Positions 39,048 to 51,523 of a DNA stretch of 64,000 nt are shown here, in pieces. A model generated the notes under the pieces. The model was not told where the DNA came from. It saw only the letters and a list, made by a program, of their open reading frames with translations, and did no database searches. This DNA is from Utricularia gibba (taxonomy: Eukaryota; Plantae; Magnoliophyta), in the NCBI GenBank assembly GCA_002189035.1, contig NEEC01000011.1, positions 2,666,001 through 2,730,000 on the forward strand. The letters are read 5' to 3'. The position numbers were made by a program, and so were the translations under genes. How positions within the stretch are numbered: the first letter of the stretch is position 1; the number at the start of each line of letters is the position of its first letter.

Positions 39048-39445
39048 TTCCTCCGACTCTCCTAAAGCCTGTTCTTTCCTAGTGGAAGAGGAAATGGAGA
39101 GCAAAGGAAAACGAGGACTACTGCCCAATGAAGCAGAAGATCGAGAAACGGAAATTTACAATTTCGCACCGTAAGTTTCCAATATTCAATTTTCGAGATG
39201 TCTTACACCTCAATATAACTTCTAATATTCATTTTTATTCCCAGAATTTCATACAAATTAAAAAAAACGCCCAGAACTGTTCCACTCTACTCTGCCATTG
39301 CTAAATCATCGTTGCCGTTAACAGGAGTACAGAGACCACAAAATCTCAATTCATACGAAGCCACCAAAACCTCCACAGAATGAATAATAAGAAGCGCCAG
39401 CCACGCCCATCAATCCCCTCTTCCAGACCTCCAGGATAGCTTCTC

Positions 39446-42400
39446 TCAGTAGCCATATCCTAAGGTGATCACAAGGTGAAATGAGTATCTTCTGTGCATC
39501 CTGCTCAAGTGAAACGTTTGGATGTCTGGTGTTTGACATACCTGAGTTGTCCATTGGGCTGCCGGCCGGAGCAGGTTCAGGCTCCTTGATTTCGACCACA
39601 ACACAATCTGACATCAGGAACGTCTTCGCCACAGAAGCTGCATGCTCCAGACAACATCTCACAACCTGCCATCATGTAGCAGACCACAGGGTTGCAGAGC
39701 AGACATTGGTGATCCAATGAGTAGGCTAGTTGCAGAAATGGATGAGGGGTGTTTTCCAACCTTGGTTGGATCGATTATTCCAGCTGACATGAGATCCTCG
39801 TACACCCCTGTAGCTGCATTGTATCCGAACCTGGGATTGTCATTCGATAGTACCTGAACCGTGTAGAAGACAGAATGTCAAGCATTAGCTACATTGAGCT
39901 GGTTTTTACTCCCAGCATTTGAGTGCAAGGAAGGTAGTGTTGAGTTGATTCACCTTCTCACTCACAACGCTTCCGTTGACGCCTGCATTCTTGGCAATTA
40001 ACTTCAATGGATAGCTCAAAGCCCTTTTAACGATGTCAGCTCCAACCTGGGACGATAGACATCTCTCAATGTTAGTGAGGAAGTGAACCAGATTACAAAA
40101 AACAACTATAGCTTGAAGAGGAAAACAATGTCTCCACCTTCTCCTCATCGTTCTCCAGAGTTTCCTTGATAGAATCAACCTTTGAGGCAAGCCTCAATAA
40201 TGTGCATCCACCACCAACAACAATCCCTTCCTCAACAGCTGCCTGTTGCCGACATTGTTGCTGGTATCTTAAAACAAGAAGTAGAATAAACATGACTAAA
40301 ATTAAACTGAAAGGTAGTTCACCTTTGTGGCGTTCAATGCATCTTCTACTCGGAGCTTTTTCTCCTTCAGCTCTGTTTCAGTTTGTGCTCCAACCTTGTG
40401 AGTTTTCAAGTTTCAGTAAACAAGGTGTGCCAAACTGGAAAATGTGTATTATAGAAGCAATCGTTCCAGAAGTCAATGTCTGTACCTGGATCACGGCAAC
40501 ACCTCCTGAAAGCTTTGCAATTCTTTCATTCAATTTTTCCTTTTCGTAGTCTTGATCTGCTGCCTGGTTAAGAGTAACCCTGAGGATGAGCATTGAAGAA
40601 CCTAGTTGGCAGCAGCGCATTATTGCAACAGTGTGAATGCATACCTCGATAAGGTTTCTTATCTGAGCAACACGTTTATTGACAGCCTCCTGGGTGCTGC
40701 CATCACCAACTATAGTTGTTGTATCCTTAGTCAAAACCACCTTGGCAGCATGACCTAAAACCTCCTTGTCAGCCTTGTCCAAGGTCAGTCCTACCTCTTC
40801 CCTAATCACTGTCCCTGCAATACAGAGAGATCTAAGTCGCCACCATACATAAAGAAGTGATAATGATGGAGGGGAATGGGCAGTGAGAAAAAACAAAATA
40901 CCTCCAGTTAAAATCGCAATATCATCAAGATACTGGCTTTTTCTTTCACCAAATCCAGGAGCTTTGAGCGCTGCTACTTTTAGTGCACCTCTTAGCTTGT
41001 TTACAACAAGAGTCCCCAGGGCTTCCTGCTCTATATCCTCGGCAATGATAAGAACAGGATAACCACCTCTAATAGCATCCTCAAGGACATTGATCAGATC
41101 TCTTGCATTTGTTATTTTTTTGTCAACCAGCAACAGCTACACAACAAATCCTATGTCAGTAAAACAGTAAGAGCAGAAACAAAACATCTATTGTGGGTGA
41201 TCTGCGTACGTATACATGTTACTATTTGCATTATTGAGGCGCACCTTGCAGTTTTCATACTCAACAGCCATTTTCTCACTGTCAGTCACAAAGTATGGTG
41301 ATATGTAGCCACGATCAAACTGCATTCCTTCAACAACATATAAGCTGTTTTCTGCACTCTTGCCTTCTTCAAGAGTGACAACACCCTTCCTGCCCACTTT
41401 GCTAAGAGCCTCTGCAATCATATTCCCAACTTCATAATTGTTCCCTGCACTAACTGCAGCAACATCTGCTAATTCACTGTCTTCCACCTGCAAATTCACT
41501 CACTTATCATAATTCATGATATTCAATATTTGATAAAATTTTGGAAAAAAAAAATTACTTTTCATGACTTGATTACCTCCTTAGAGATTGTCTTCAGCTC
41601 TGCAACTAATGCTTTTGCGGTCTTCTCAATTCCACGAGTGATAAGTACAGGATTTGCTCCAGCTGCCACAACCTATAAGAAAATCAGAAAGTAATCAGCT
41701 CGATGTCGTGTAAAAAATATGGCATTGTAAAGACCAAAAAGGCATACCTTGACACCTTCTGCGATAAGACCTTGTGCAAGGACAACAGATGTTGTTGTTC
41801 CATCCCCAGCCAAGTCATTGGTCTTTGCCGCTGCTTGCCTGACAAGTTTTGCACCAATGTTCTCAACTGGATCCTCCAACTCAACCTGAAAGAAAATGGT
41901 AACATATCATCTAGTGAAAAAATCATTCTAATGTATTAACAATTAAACTATAAAACCCAATCACTCTAAAAATCCATAGAAGTGCAATTATGATAATCAG
42001 GAAACTATCAAACTTAAATAAAATCCAACAGTAAGAGGTTGCTACACACACCTCTTTGGCCACAGTAACTCCATCATTAACAATTTTGGGGGCACCGTAT
42101 TTACTTTCAAGAACCACATTTCTTCCTTTGGGTCCAAGGGTGACACCTACAAGGTCTGCAAGTTTGTTGACGCCAATCTGTAGTCAACAGAATCCATCAT
42201 TAGCATACATAGAATATACTAAACATTCAAAGGCCAGAAACTCAAAAGCTTTAATCGGTTACTTGGAGCTTCTTTATGGCTGATCCATCCTGGTTGAAAT
42301 ACAACTCCTTTGCTGCTGCAGATACTACAGATGCGCGCGCTTTCCTAAGAGTGACACTTTTTCTTCCCAAAAGTGAACTTGAAGATATTGATGAAAGTGA

Positions 42401-42490
42401 CGACAATCTGTTTGAAGAACCTGCCATTTTATCATCCACCACCCTGCTGCTTACGGACGTGAAGGAGCCAACAGCAGACAATCCAGCCAT
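39446..42490 (-). CDS. CPN60B: Chloroplast chaperonin 60 beta (RuBisCO large-subunit binding protein beta)
   Basis: Fourteen in-frame exons; [74 protein letters not shown], ends [11 protein letters not shown]. Confidence 0.95.
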
Positions 42491-43033
42491 TGTTGATGTC
42501 TCTATTTAATACTGCAAATAATAATTGAAAGCCACCATCAGAGAAGTGGCGAGACAACTATTCATGCCCAAACAGAGTAAAGTAAAAGCATTATCAGTCT
42601 CAATCCATCAAGAAAGGAACACCTTCAAGGAGTGCAAACTACATTTTTTCATCAGAGAGTTAATTATTCCTCCCAGAAAAGAAGGCACTCAAATCCCAGC
42701 TCAACACAGTAGCTCCATTCACATTCAGAAAACGCAGTGCACCGCCGATAATCAAACTCCAAAACATAAACACGGGATTTCGAAAAATTCCATTACCCAC
42801 GAATCAAGCATGCAACCAGTACCCAAAAGTGCGGATTAATTCATTAAAACCATCCGAACAGCACAACGACGACGTCTCATTTCGACCCACATGAACGCTT
42901 CCACTAAAAATTCGAAGCCTAATCAACAAACGAAGCATATGCATACTAACCAGAGAACAACTGAGGAAGCGCAGCGGTGAAAGGATAAGGCTTTCTGAGA
43001 GCAGTGCCAAACTTGTTTGCAGGGCTTTGTGAG

Positions 43034-43082
43034 ATATATAAACCTTAAAACCAATGGGCCGAGGTTTGGTTCGAGAAAGTTC
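43034..43082. promoter_or_regulatory. Cpn60-beta core promoter: TATA, CCAAT, site II and a three-unit heat-shock element
   Basis: TTTATATAT on the minus strand (43034-43042), CCAAT 43051-43055, TGGGCC 43055-43060, TTCgaGAAagTTC 43070-43082. Confidence 0.6.
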
Positions 43083-43373
43083 CGATTAATCTCAGCCGTT
43101 GGATCGTTCCAGTCGTGTTGAACGGAAAACTCTAGAGCCCGGACTCCTCCAAGACCCACTTCCATGAAAACGAAAACTTCTCTAACCTAGAAATTCCATT
43201 TTTAATGTGCAATTTTAGAAAACAAAATTACGGGAAGTTACTGGCAAAGATTGCGCAAGCAGCGCTCCCGGGTTCATCTAGAGCTGAGGCGTCGTTCCGA
43301 TTCGAGCTCCCGTGTCACCGGTGTTCGATTTGTTCGTTCTTGTGTAGTGCTATATTCATTTTCATTGAAACCG

Positions 43374-46300
43374 ATGAACAGAATCAACAGAGGGTGCATG
43401 TTTTGGTGTTGCATTATTCTGCTCACACGATCTCTTGCTGCAGCATCATCTGCCCACAAGAATCCTCTAATCGGTGTTTCCCCAGAAGGTTATTTGCTCG
43501 GTTTTACGTGTAGTTTCTGGAGCAAGATGTTATTGTGAGTTATAAGAAAGACTGAGGAGAATTGGGTTGCTGCAGATGAGAATTTTTACAAAGGATTGTC
43601 GTCAACTAATACAATTAAATGTAAAGATGGATCGGAGAAGTTCAACCTATCCCAGCTTAATGATGACTTCTGTGACTGCGCGGATGGTTCCGATGAGCCT
43701 GGTACTTCTCTACTAACCCACCTTTTACTGCTCAGTGATAAAAATTGCCACTCTCGCGTGAATAAAGTTTTTTCCCTTGTTTCGATTCGCCGCACTTTTT
43801 GAGGAGCATTGTTGTGCATTATAAAGTAATCATGTTGTTGATTGGATGCTGGGGTTCATATTCCAGGAACATCAGCTTGCCCCAATGGTAAATTCTACTG
43901 CAAAAACGCTGGGCACTCTCCCCTCTTCATTTACTCTTCTAGGGTGAATGATGGCATATGCGGTAACTCTATTTGCCGCGTTTTTTCAAGAGATCAATGC
44001 CTTTTAGCAGCATTTATTTGTGTCTACCAAATATCATGTTTGGAGCCACAGATTAACTTTGTGATGATTGGATATGTGCAATTAGGCAGATTGCTGTGAT
44101 GGCAGTGATGAGTATGATGGCAAAAGGAAATGTTCGAATACTTGCTGGGAGGCCGGAAAAGTTGAAAGAGAAAAGCTGAAAAAAAAGATTGCAACTTACC
44201 GTGAAGGTGTCAAAATACGGAACCAGGAAATTGAACAAGCTAAAAAGGCTTTGGAGAAGGAGAAAGCGCAGTTGTCCAACTTAAGGAAAGATGAGAGAGT
44301 CCTGAAGGCTCTAGTTGAGAAACTAAGAGGTGTAGACATGCTGAACTCCATTTTTAGTTGATTCCACTTCATAATCAGTGTCTTAGTCCCTCATTGATCT
44401 CCTCCTCTTATTTTTCTTTTATTCTTTTATCACTAATTTTTCTTTCTTTCTCATTTATTCAAAGAGCGCAAGGAACAGATTGAGAAAGCTGAAGAGAAAG
44501 AGCGGCTACAAAAGAGAAAGAAGAAAGGGAAAGAAGGGATGCTGAAAAGATGCAAACCACCACCCAGGTTACTGAAATCTTGCAGAATCATGTTGAGAAT
44601 AGGAGTATTTGCCTAATTTATCTTTATGTTTTGTATATTAATTTTCAAAAGGCTTCTGCTGATGATCATCATGAGTCTACTGGTTCAACGGAGGCAAATG
44701 AGAATTCCATTGATGAGGTACCTCGGTATGATGAACCAGATACTTCAATTGACAGTTCCAACCAGGTATTGCGTTATATGTTTTCTATATTTCTTTTTAT
44801 GGATAGGTACAATCTGAATAGAACGAAGGATGTATTTTTTTCATCATTCTAACTAGATGCCATCAGTTTCTTCCTTCCTGGAAGTACGCTGTAGGGAAAA
44901 ATAAACTACTGGAATTATGTGTATGAAAAATACCAATATTCAGGTAAGTTATCCCAGTGTCATTAATGAGCAAGTGTTTTCTGCCTCACATACAGGATGA
45001 GTATAAGTTTGAAGATACCAATTCTCAGTTATTGAAAGATCACCATGAATCTACCGACGGGATTAAGCTTACTGACCCATCTACTGATGAAGAAAATCTG
45101 TATGATGGAACAGATACTTTAAACGAGGGCTCCACCCAGGTATTGCCTTGTATTCGTGGTATATGGATGGCAAAGCATAATTTATGTAATATTGAATGAT
45201 CTCTTAAATTCTTCTTCTCTGCAGTACACTGAGCAGCTCTTGGAAGACACTGGCATAAATGAAGATGCTGGTCCTCATACTGAAAACCAGGTATAACTTT
45301 GGTGTGTTCACCATCTTTTGCTAGATCAACAAATATTTAATACCTAACTTGCAGGATGTCGATAATGTTGACGATACCAGTTCACTGTCAAGGGAAGAGT
45401 TAGGGCGTCGTGTGGCTTCTCGTTGGACGGGAGAAAATTCTGAGCAGCCAAAGGATCCGGATGATGCCTACATCAGTGAAGGCGATCACTATCCTGATGG
45501 GACTCCGGTGGAGCCCAATTATGAGGAAGACAATGGTTATGCCACAGAGGATGATGATGAAACTGAGGAATCAGTTAACAATGTTCATGAGTATGATCGA
45601 TATGACTCAAGTTCTCCAGAAGAACATGAATCTGACGATGAACTCGACTTGTCAGGTTTGAAAATCCTCTTCTAGTTTGGAAATTCTTCTTTATCCTTCT
45701 TTAAATACTGATTTCTTATATTTGAATCGTTGATCAGATATAACTAGCAAAACTGGCTCATCTTTGCTGGCGAAGATTCAGGAAAAAATGAAGAGTGTAC
45801 TTTCGGCCATCAATTTGTTCAAGACTCCGGTTAATGTATCTGGTAGGAAAATTTTTGCATGTTTTCTAGTTAAATCAACAAAATCCGATGATGTCTTTAA
45901 GTTGCCTTTTCATCATGCAGAGGCCGCAAGTGTACGCAAAGAATATGATGATTCTAATGCTAAGTTATCAAAATTGCAGTCAAAGATATCAAGTCTCAGT
46001 GAGAAACTGAAACAAGATTTTGGTAAACATTGAAGACCAAGGAAACTCAGATTCTTCCTTAGTGATCTAAATTTACTTTTCATTTGAGGAGCTTCATTCT
46101 CTTTCTACAGGTCCAGAGAATGAGTTTTATTCATTTTACGGCCAATGTTTTGAGAGCAAGCACAATAAGTTGGGCTTTCCTTATACTTTTTCCATTATCC
46201 ATTTTTTTAAATGTTTGGCTATGGCTTCTCTTAACCCGGACCGAAAAAATAAATGTCCTAGGTATGTATACAAGGTTTGCCCTTTCAAACAAGCCTCCCA

Positions 46301-47192
46301 AGTGGAAGGTCACAGTACAACACGTTTGGGGTATGCATGTTGAAAGCTCCAAGTTTCTTGAGTGCACCTGCTGTTATGATGTCAATATGATTTTTACTTG
46401 TCTGAGCCCATTTCAGGCACAGCATGAGTCTTGATTCAATTTGATTTGCTGCTTGTTATTCATTTAGGAGCTGGGAAAAGTTTGAAGACTCATATAGGAC
46501 AATGAAGTATGAAAATGGGGATCACTGCTGGAATGGTCCTGATAGAAGCTTGAAGGTGCCCACACCTCTTCCCTTCAGAAGAGTTTGCATCTCTTACGTA
46601 TTTCCTTGTGATATAATAGGACATGAACATTCTATTCTATCTACCAAGTCTGTGAGATTAAAGCATGTATGTATAGCTAATAGCTCTGCGTATGGATTTA
46701 ACTCACATTTCTATGCATGCCCTTTTATTCACTCTAGGTGAGACTAAGATGTGGCTTGAAGAATGAACTTACAGATGTTGATGAACCAAGCCGCTGCGAG
46801 TAAGAGTCTATATTACTTTCCATCCTCTCTCCAATTCTTGTTATATCCATTCAAACGTACAACACATCCATTTTACACAATTCATTTCCCATAGCTGTTG
46901 TTTGTTTCACAATCTTGTGCATCCTGTGAAAACTTGACTTTTTTTCAGGTATGTTGCATTGTTATCCACTCCTTCATTATGTCTCGAGAGTAAACTAAAG
47001 GTAGCTCCTTGTGACTACTCAAATCATCATTATTTCACATTATTAGATGATATTTGCAAAGAACAAGTCCTTTTCGCAATGGGACTTATTTTCCCAGTTG
47101 TAATTGCATTTCCCTGAAAAATGTGTTAGGAACTGCAAGAAAGATTGGAGTCGGTACAACGGGCATTGCCCAAAGGGCATGATGAGCTGTGA
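43374..47192 (+). CDS. PSL4: Glucosidase II beta subunit (PRKCSH / PSL4), ER luminal, apparent 1-bp deletion near 44510-44514
   Basis: Signal peptide; LDL-a-like [41 protein letters not shown]; acidic spacer; [17 protein letters not shown]; MRH domain ([31 protein letters not shown]); C-terminal HDEL*. Confidence 0.93.
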
Positions 47193-47543
47193 AGGAGCAA
47201 CTTAGCAGCAAGTTTTGTTGTTAGTATCAAGTGAGTGAGGCTCTTCACTTTTGGAAGTTTATTTCAAACCAAACTCCCTAGTGAAAACAGGAAAACACAG
47301 ACTTGTTATTGTCCTTCTTGTTGCTTCTGAAACTGATGTAACAGCAGTGGGAGTTGATCCCATGGCCACTTCACAAGTGCGAAATATGGACATTTTATTT
47401 CAAAGAAACTTTTCCATGGCAGCTTTTTTGCAATCATACAGCCTGAAGGGAACCTCCCATCCAAGAAACATATACATCATTCATATAATGTTACAGAGGG
47501 TTGTGAAAAATACAAATCACAGAGGGTTCCATGCTCGGGAAAC

Positions 47544-48611
47544 TCAGATTTCACTCTCCTGTGGTGCAGTAGGGGAGCCAGGAGTATCGTTCGTGGATGA
47601 ATTTCCACGACTCCGGTGGGCACGAGGTGATGGAAACAAGCTACTGAGCAGCCATGGAAGCTGAAGCTGCAACTGGCTAGTGTTATCAATGGTGTCACCA
47701 GGAACATGATTATGGTTATGGCTGTTGGTCTCTTGGTTGATGCTGCCTCCAATGTTGTCATTTGTCAGGCCTAGTGACTCAAGTTTGGATTCATCACAAG
47801 GTAACTGAAACCTACAGATGGGGCAAGAGCTGTGAAGCTCCAGCCAGGGTATAATGCAGCTTCCGTGGAACTTGTGTTTACAGGGCATTTCTTTGACTTC
47901 AGACCCTTTCTCACACTCATCCAAACAAATGGAACACTGCATTGTTTCCTCAGCTTGTACAGCAGGTAAAGCCTCTACAGCCTCCTTTTCTGCAGGCGGT
48001 GTTCCGTAGCGATTCGGATCATTCTCTAACAAATGCTGCAGCAACAAGTCTAATCTGGGGCCTGTGAAATAATCATGCAGAGAAGTATTGCCTGCACGGT
48101 GTTGAGATTCATCACCACGGGCATGGGAACCAAGGATGACTGCTGACTCATTGAAAGGATTTATCAAAATCACACGCTCCCTTCCTCTTCCCCCATCATT
48201 TGCACCATCCCTGATACTTGGATCCGGGTCGGATTGCACCCCATCACGGATTCCTTGAAGAAGATGGAAGATCGCCCTTGAGCTTCGTCTCCTACGCAAG
48301 ATTAACTCCAGTTCATGCCCCAGCTCTGCCTCACTTTCATCTTGCGTTAGATTGATCTGATTGGCCACCCTCCTGTTGCGGCTATGGGGTCTCGGATTAC
48401 CAAACATGCCAAGCAAGATTGGAGTCCAGGGGGAAAGAGCGCGATCAGACTCGGATCCTCCAAGTTGAAAACCAAGGTGTATGTCATTCGCTCGAGCAGT
48501 TTCCATCTCTTCCACAAAACCACCATCACATATAGGACATTTTATCACATCAATCTCCCTAACTGGGTTAACTGTCTGTGAACACGTATGGCACCAGTAT
48601 GTGTCCTCCAT
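47544..48611 (-). CDS. RING-H2 E3 ubiquitin ligase with N-terminal zinc ribbon (RING1/SIRP1-like), 355 aa
   Basis: YWCHTC..CPICDGGFVEEM; SLHDYFTGPRLDLLLQHLLENDPNRYGTPPAEKEAV; CSICLD..MPCKHKFHGSCIIPWLELHSSCPICRF. A 5'-UTR intron is likely at 48651-48976. Confidence 0.92.
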   Translation of the reverse strand: MEDTYWCHTCSQTVNPVREIDVIKCPICDGGFVEEMETARANDIHLGFQLGGSESDRALSPWTPILLGMFGNPRPHSRNRRVANQINLTQDESEAELGHELELILRRRRSSRAIFHLLQGIRDGVQSDPDPSIRDGANDGGRGRERVILINPFNESAVILGSHARGDESQHRAGNTSLHDYFTGPRLDLLLQHLLENDPNRYGTPPAEKEAVEALPAVQAEETMQCSICLDECEKGSEVKEMPCKHKFHGSCIIPWLELHSSCPICRFQLPCDESKLESLGLTNDNIGGSINQETNSHNHNHVPGDTIDNTSQLQLQLPWLLSSLFPSPRAHRSRGNSSTNDTPGSPTAPQESEI

Positions 48612-49818
48612 GATCTCTCCCCAGGTCCCCCTTCGGTTGCAATCCCTACCCTGTCAAGAACAAATCAGTTTATCCATAAAGTCAATCCCATTCTGCTGCC
48701 ACTTCAGGTAACAAATACAAATCTTAGAACTCAACCAAACACAGAAGCAACCTCAAGCGGGATCGCGATTCTGCCGCTGTTCCTCCCATACGATCAGCAT
48801 GGTTTTCAAAGGAAAAAAAACCCACAATTTTATGAAAAAATCATGGCTCTAGTAAAAAATCTCCGGGATTGATTCATGGATCTGGAAGGATCCATGCATA
48901 AAAAACCAGAAAAAACCACACCCAACAACCAAGAACCATCACCATCATCATCCTTCGATCAACCCACAGGACTCACCGGGGAAGAAGATTTCCTCTTCTC
49001 GTTATTCCAGGTGCCCAGCCAGATTTCCGGGATGCCCTTGAAACAAGTGGTGTGGTATCAAACCAAATCAATCCGTGTCCGGATGCGGGATCCTTTTGTA
49101 GCCCACACCAACAACCCCTCGAATCTTCGGTCCCATGACGCCATTGTTTTTTCGTTCTCTTTCTCCGAGTACGCGGTTGGCTCCAGCAATCCACGTGGCA
49201 GCGTGTGGAATCCCGGAACTGTCCCCCAGTGTAATAAAGAAGAAAACAAACATGGAGATGGATGGGATATTATTGGGATTGGGAAGTCCTGCTGATTGGT
49301 AGATCGGCACAGCCGCCCAGGTCCACAACCACCACCGCTACCGCGTTTAGCAGCAACAACCTACCCAACAAGGTTCAGTCTCCCGGTCACCATCACCATT
49401 ATTAAAGGGGATGCTTGGCCTCATTCATCGGACCATCCCATAGAACCCAGTCACCAACTAGAACCATTCTTCGATCCATCAACACGGGGAGTAGAACCAA
49501 TGGGAGGTTAACCTGCTTGTTCGAGCACATATTCATGGGAACCCATGGAACTAATCATCGCTGTATTAAAAGTAGAATGATTTTAAAGGTCTAGAATTCT
49601 AATATACACTATTTCTTCAGGCTAACATATGCATCACTGAAAAAAAAGAATGCAAAGCTGTACAAAGCTCTCACTACTGGTAAAAAGTCTGTATCACCAC
49701 ACCTAAGGGAAAGAAATTCTGCAAGTGAACCCATAGCTGCAACGGAAGGCAAATTCTGCAACTACCAAAAAATGTAGTCACCTTTGAGGCATCCAAACTG
49801 GATTGTTAACGAAAACAG

Positions 49819-51105
49819 CTAGTAGCATACATCTTTAATGTGAAGAGAGCGCCCCTTTTGTGAATTTAGTAGGGTGCTCGCAGCTGCAGCAGGGGAGTTT
49901 GCGATGGAAGAGCTATGGTTTTCATTGACCTACATAGGATAACATACTGATTCAAAAAATAAAGAAAATTCGAAGGGGGTAAGAGTTAGAGAGGCACTTC
50001 GCAAACAGCATCATCGGCCAGCTGATGTATCATTTCTAAAGAGAATTTTAGAAAAAGATTGTCTAAATAGATTCCCCATCCATAACTAAATTGTGTGGTT
50101 TTTCAGCAATTTACATGCACGTGGATGAAGGGATGATACCGACTTAGAATCATACCCCATGCATATAAGGGCCGTTCATAACATCTTCAGAAGGAGGCAA
50201 ATAACGTGCTGGATGGTGAGTTGAGCCTCCAACAATATCATCTTTAGAATGAGAGGAGTTATCAGCAAAAAGAGGACTTCCTGGACTCAGGAAACTATTC
50301 CTCAAATCAAAATCAGCGTCTCTAGTGTCCGTGTTATTTATGCGAGCCGCACCAAGCCTATACATTTGCATCCATAGGAAACACGACGATAGCCTCAGTG
50401 AAAACCCAATGATTTGCATAGTCAGGGTTAGCTTCACTAGGTAGGTGACAAGGGATCCATGCAATTCATTCGGAAAAGCCCTGAGACAGTGCACAGAGAC
50501 TGGTGAAGGTAAAGGAAGACAAGTATATTTACAGAGGCATGCCGTTTTACGATTTCATTCACCACAAAAATTAGCTCATAGTAACTCGCACAATGAACCA
50601 TATCTCCAAAACATGAGCTTCATCTACACAGACAGTAACATCCCGAGAAAATCTACCAAAAGCAGTAAAGCAGACCCCCAAACAATTAAAGCAAAGTTTT
50701 AGAACCAAGAATCAAATTTAAATGAGTTCATAAAAGTTAACAAAAATTGCACATGTAATTTAAGGCAGAAACAAGTGGAGCATCTGTCAAAAACCGTAGC
50801 ACCTACCAAATATCTCGCGAGAAAAGAACAACCCACGCAATGTCGAGGAAAATAGAACAGAAAAGGAGAAGTGCGTATGTCCTAGCTAGCTTTTGGCTGC
50901 TGCTCTCGATTGCGACCAAAGCAAACAACGAATTCGCCAAATTTACAAGCAATACACCGTTATAGAGAGGTCCAAGCGATCCAATAAAGGAGCAGGCAAC
51001 CTGAGCGTAAATCAGGTGCACACAGAGTTGCAAAAGGTTGTCGTAGTCCTGAAACCAGGACTGAATCTGCGGCAATCGATATCCAAATCCGCCACAACCG
51101 TTCAT
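49819..51105 (-). CDS. Conserved plant multi-pass membrane protein of unknown function
   Basis: QDYDNLLQ..YAQVACSFIGSLGPLYNGVLLVNL..FALVAIESSSQKLARTYALLLFCSIFLDIAW / ..VKLTLTMQIIGFSLRLSSCFLWMQMYRLG..DLRNSFLSP..VGGS. Exon 2 50480-50156; last exon 49929-49819 tentative. Confidence 0.78.
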
Positions 51106-51270
51106 CTTAAGCCGAATCCGGCGACAGAGGTATCGAAGAGAAATTCAATTGCAGAAATTGGAACCTGCCCTCCGGCATGCACTGGCATTTGATGAGCGCA
51201 GCAATCAGTCACAATTTTTTTTTTTCAATTGAGGAGACAAGTGATTTTCTATCCCCCCAAAACTGTTGGA

Positions 51271-51324
51271 AGGCCCATTTTAGATCGGGCTATCCACAAA
51301 CTAGGCCCAAAGAAACAATGGGCC
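51271..51324. promoter_or_regulatory. Site II (TGGGCY) cluster in a 418-nt divergent spacer
   Basis: AGGCCCA at 51271 and 51303, TGGGCC at 51319. Confidence 0.55.
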
Positions 51325-51523
51325 GACAGGTTAACAAGCCATCAGGGCTCATGAGATAATTAGGGATAGATGGAGGGCGAAAACATGTTATAGATAAAAT
51401 AAGGGGCATCTAAGCAAAATCCTGAAGTTGACCTTCGGGTGAAAGTCAGTCCCAAGGGATGATATGCCGCAGGTATCCGTCACTAGTTGGTGCTCCGTTT
51501 TGTGTTGGAGGGATTGGGTATAG

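Noticed and set aside
49300-49560. GC-rich stretch between the membrane-protein gene and the RING promoter
   Set aside because: All frames are interrupted and no family is recognisable; most simply 3'-UTR or promoter sequence.
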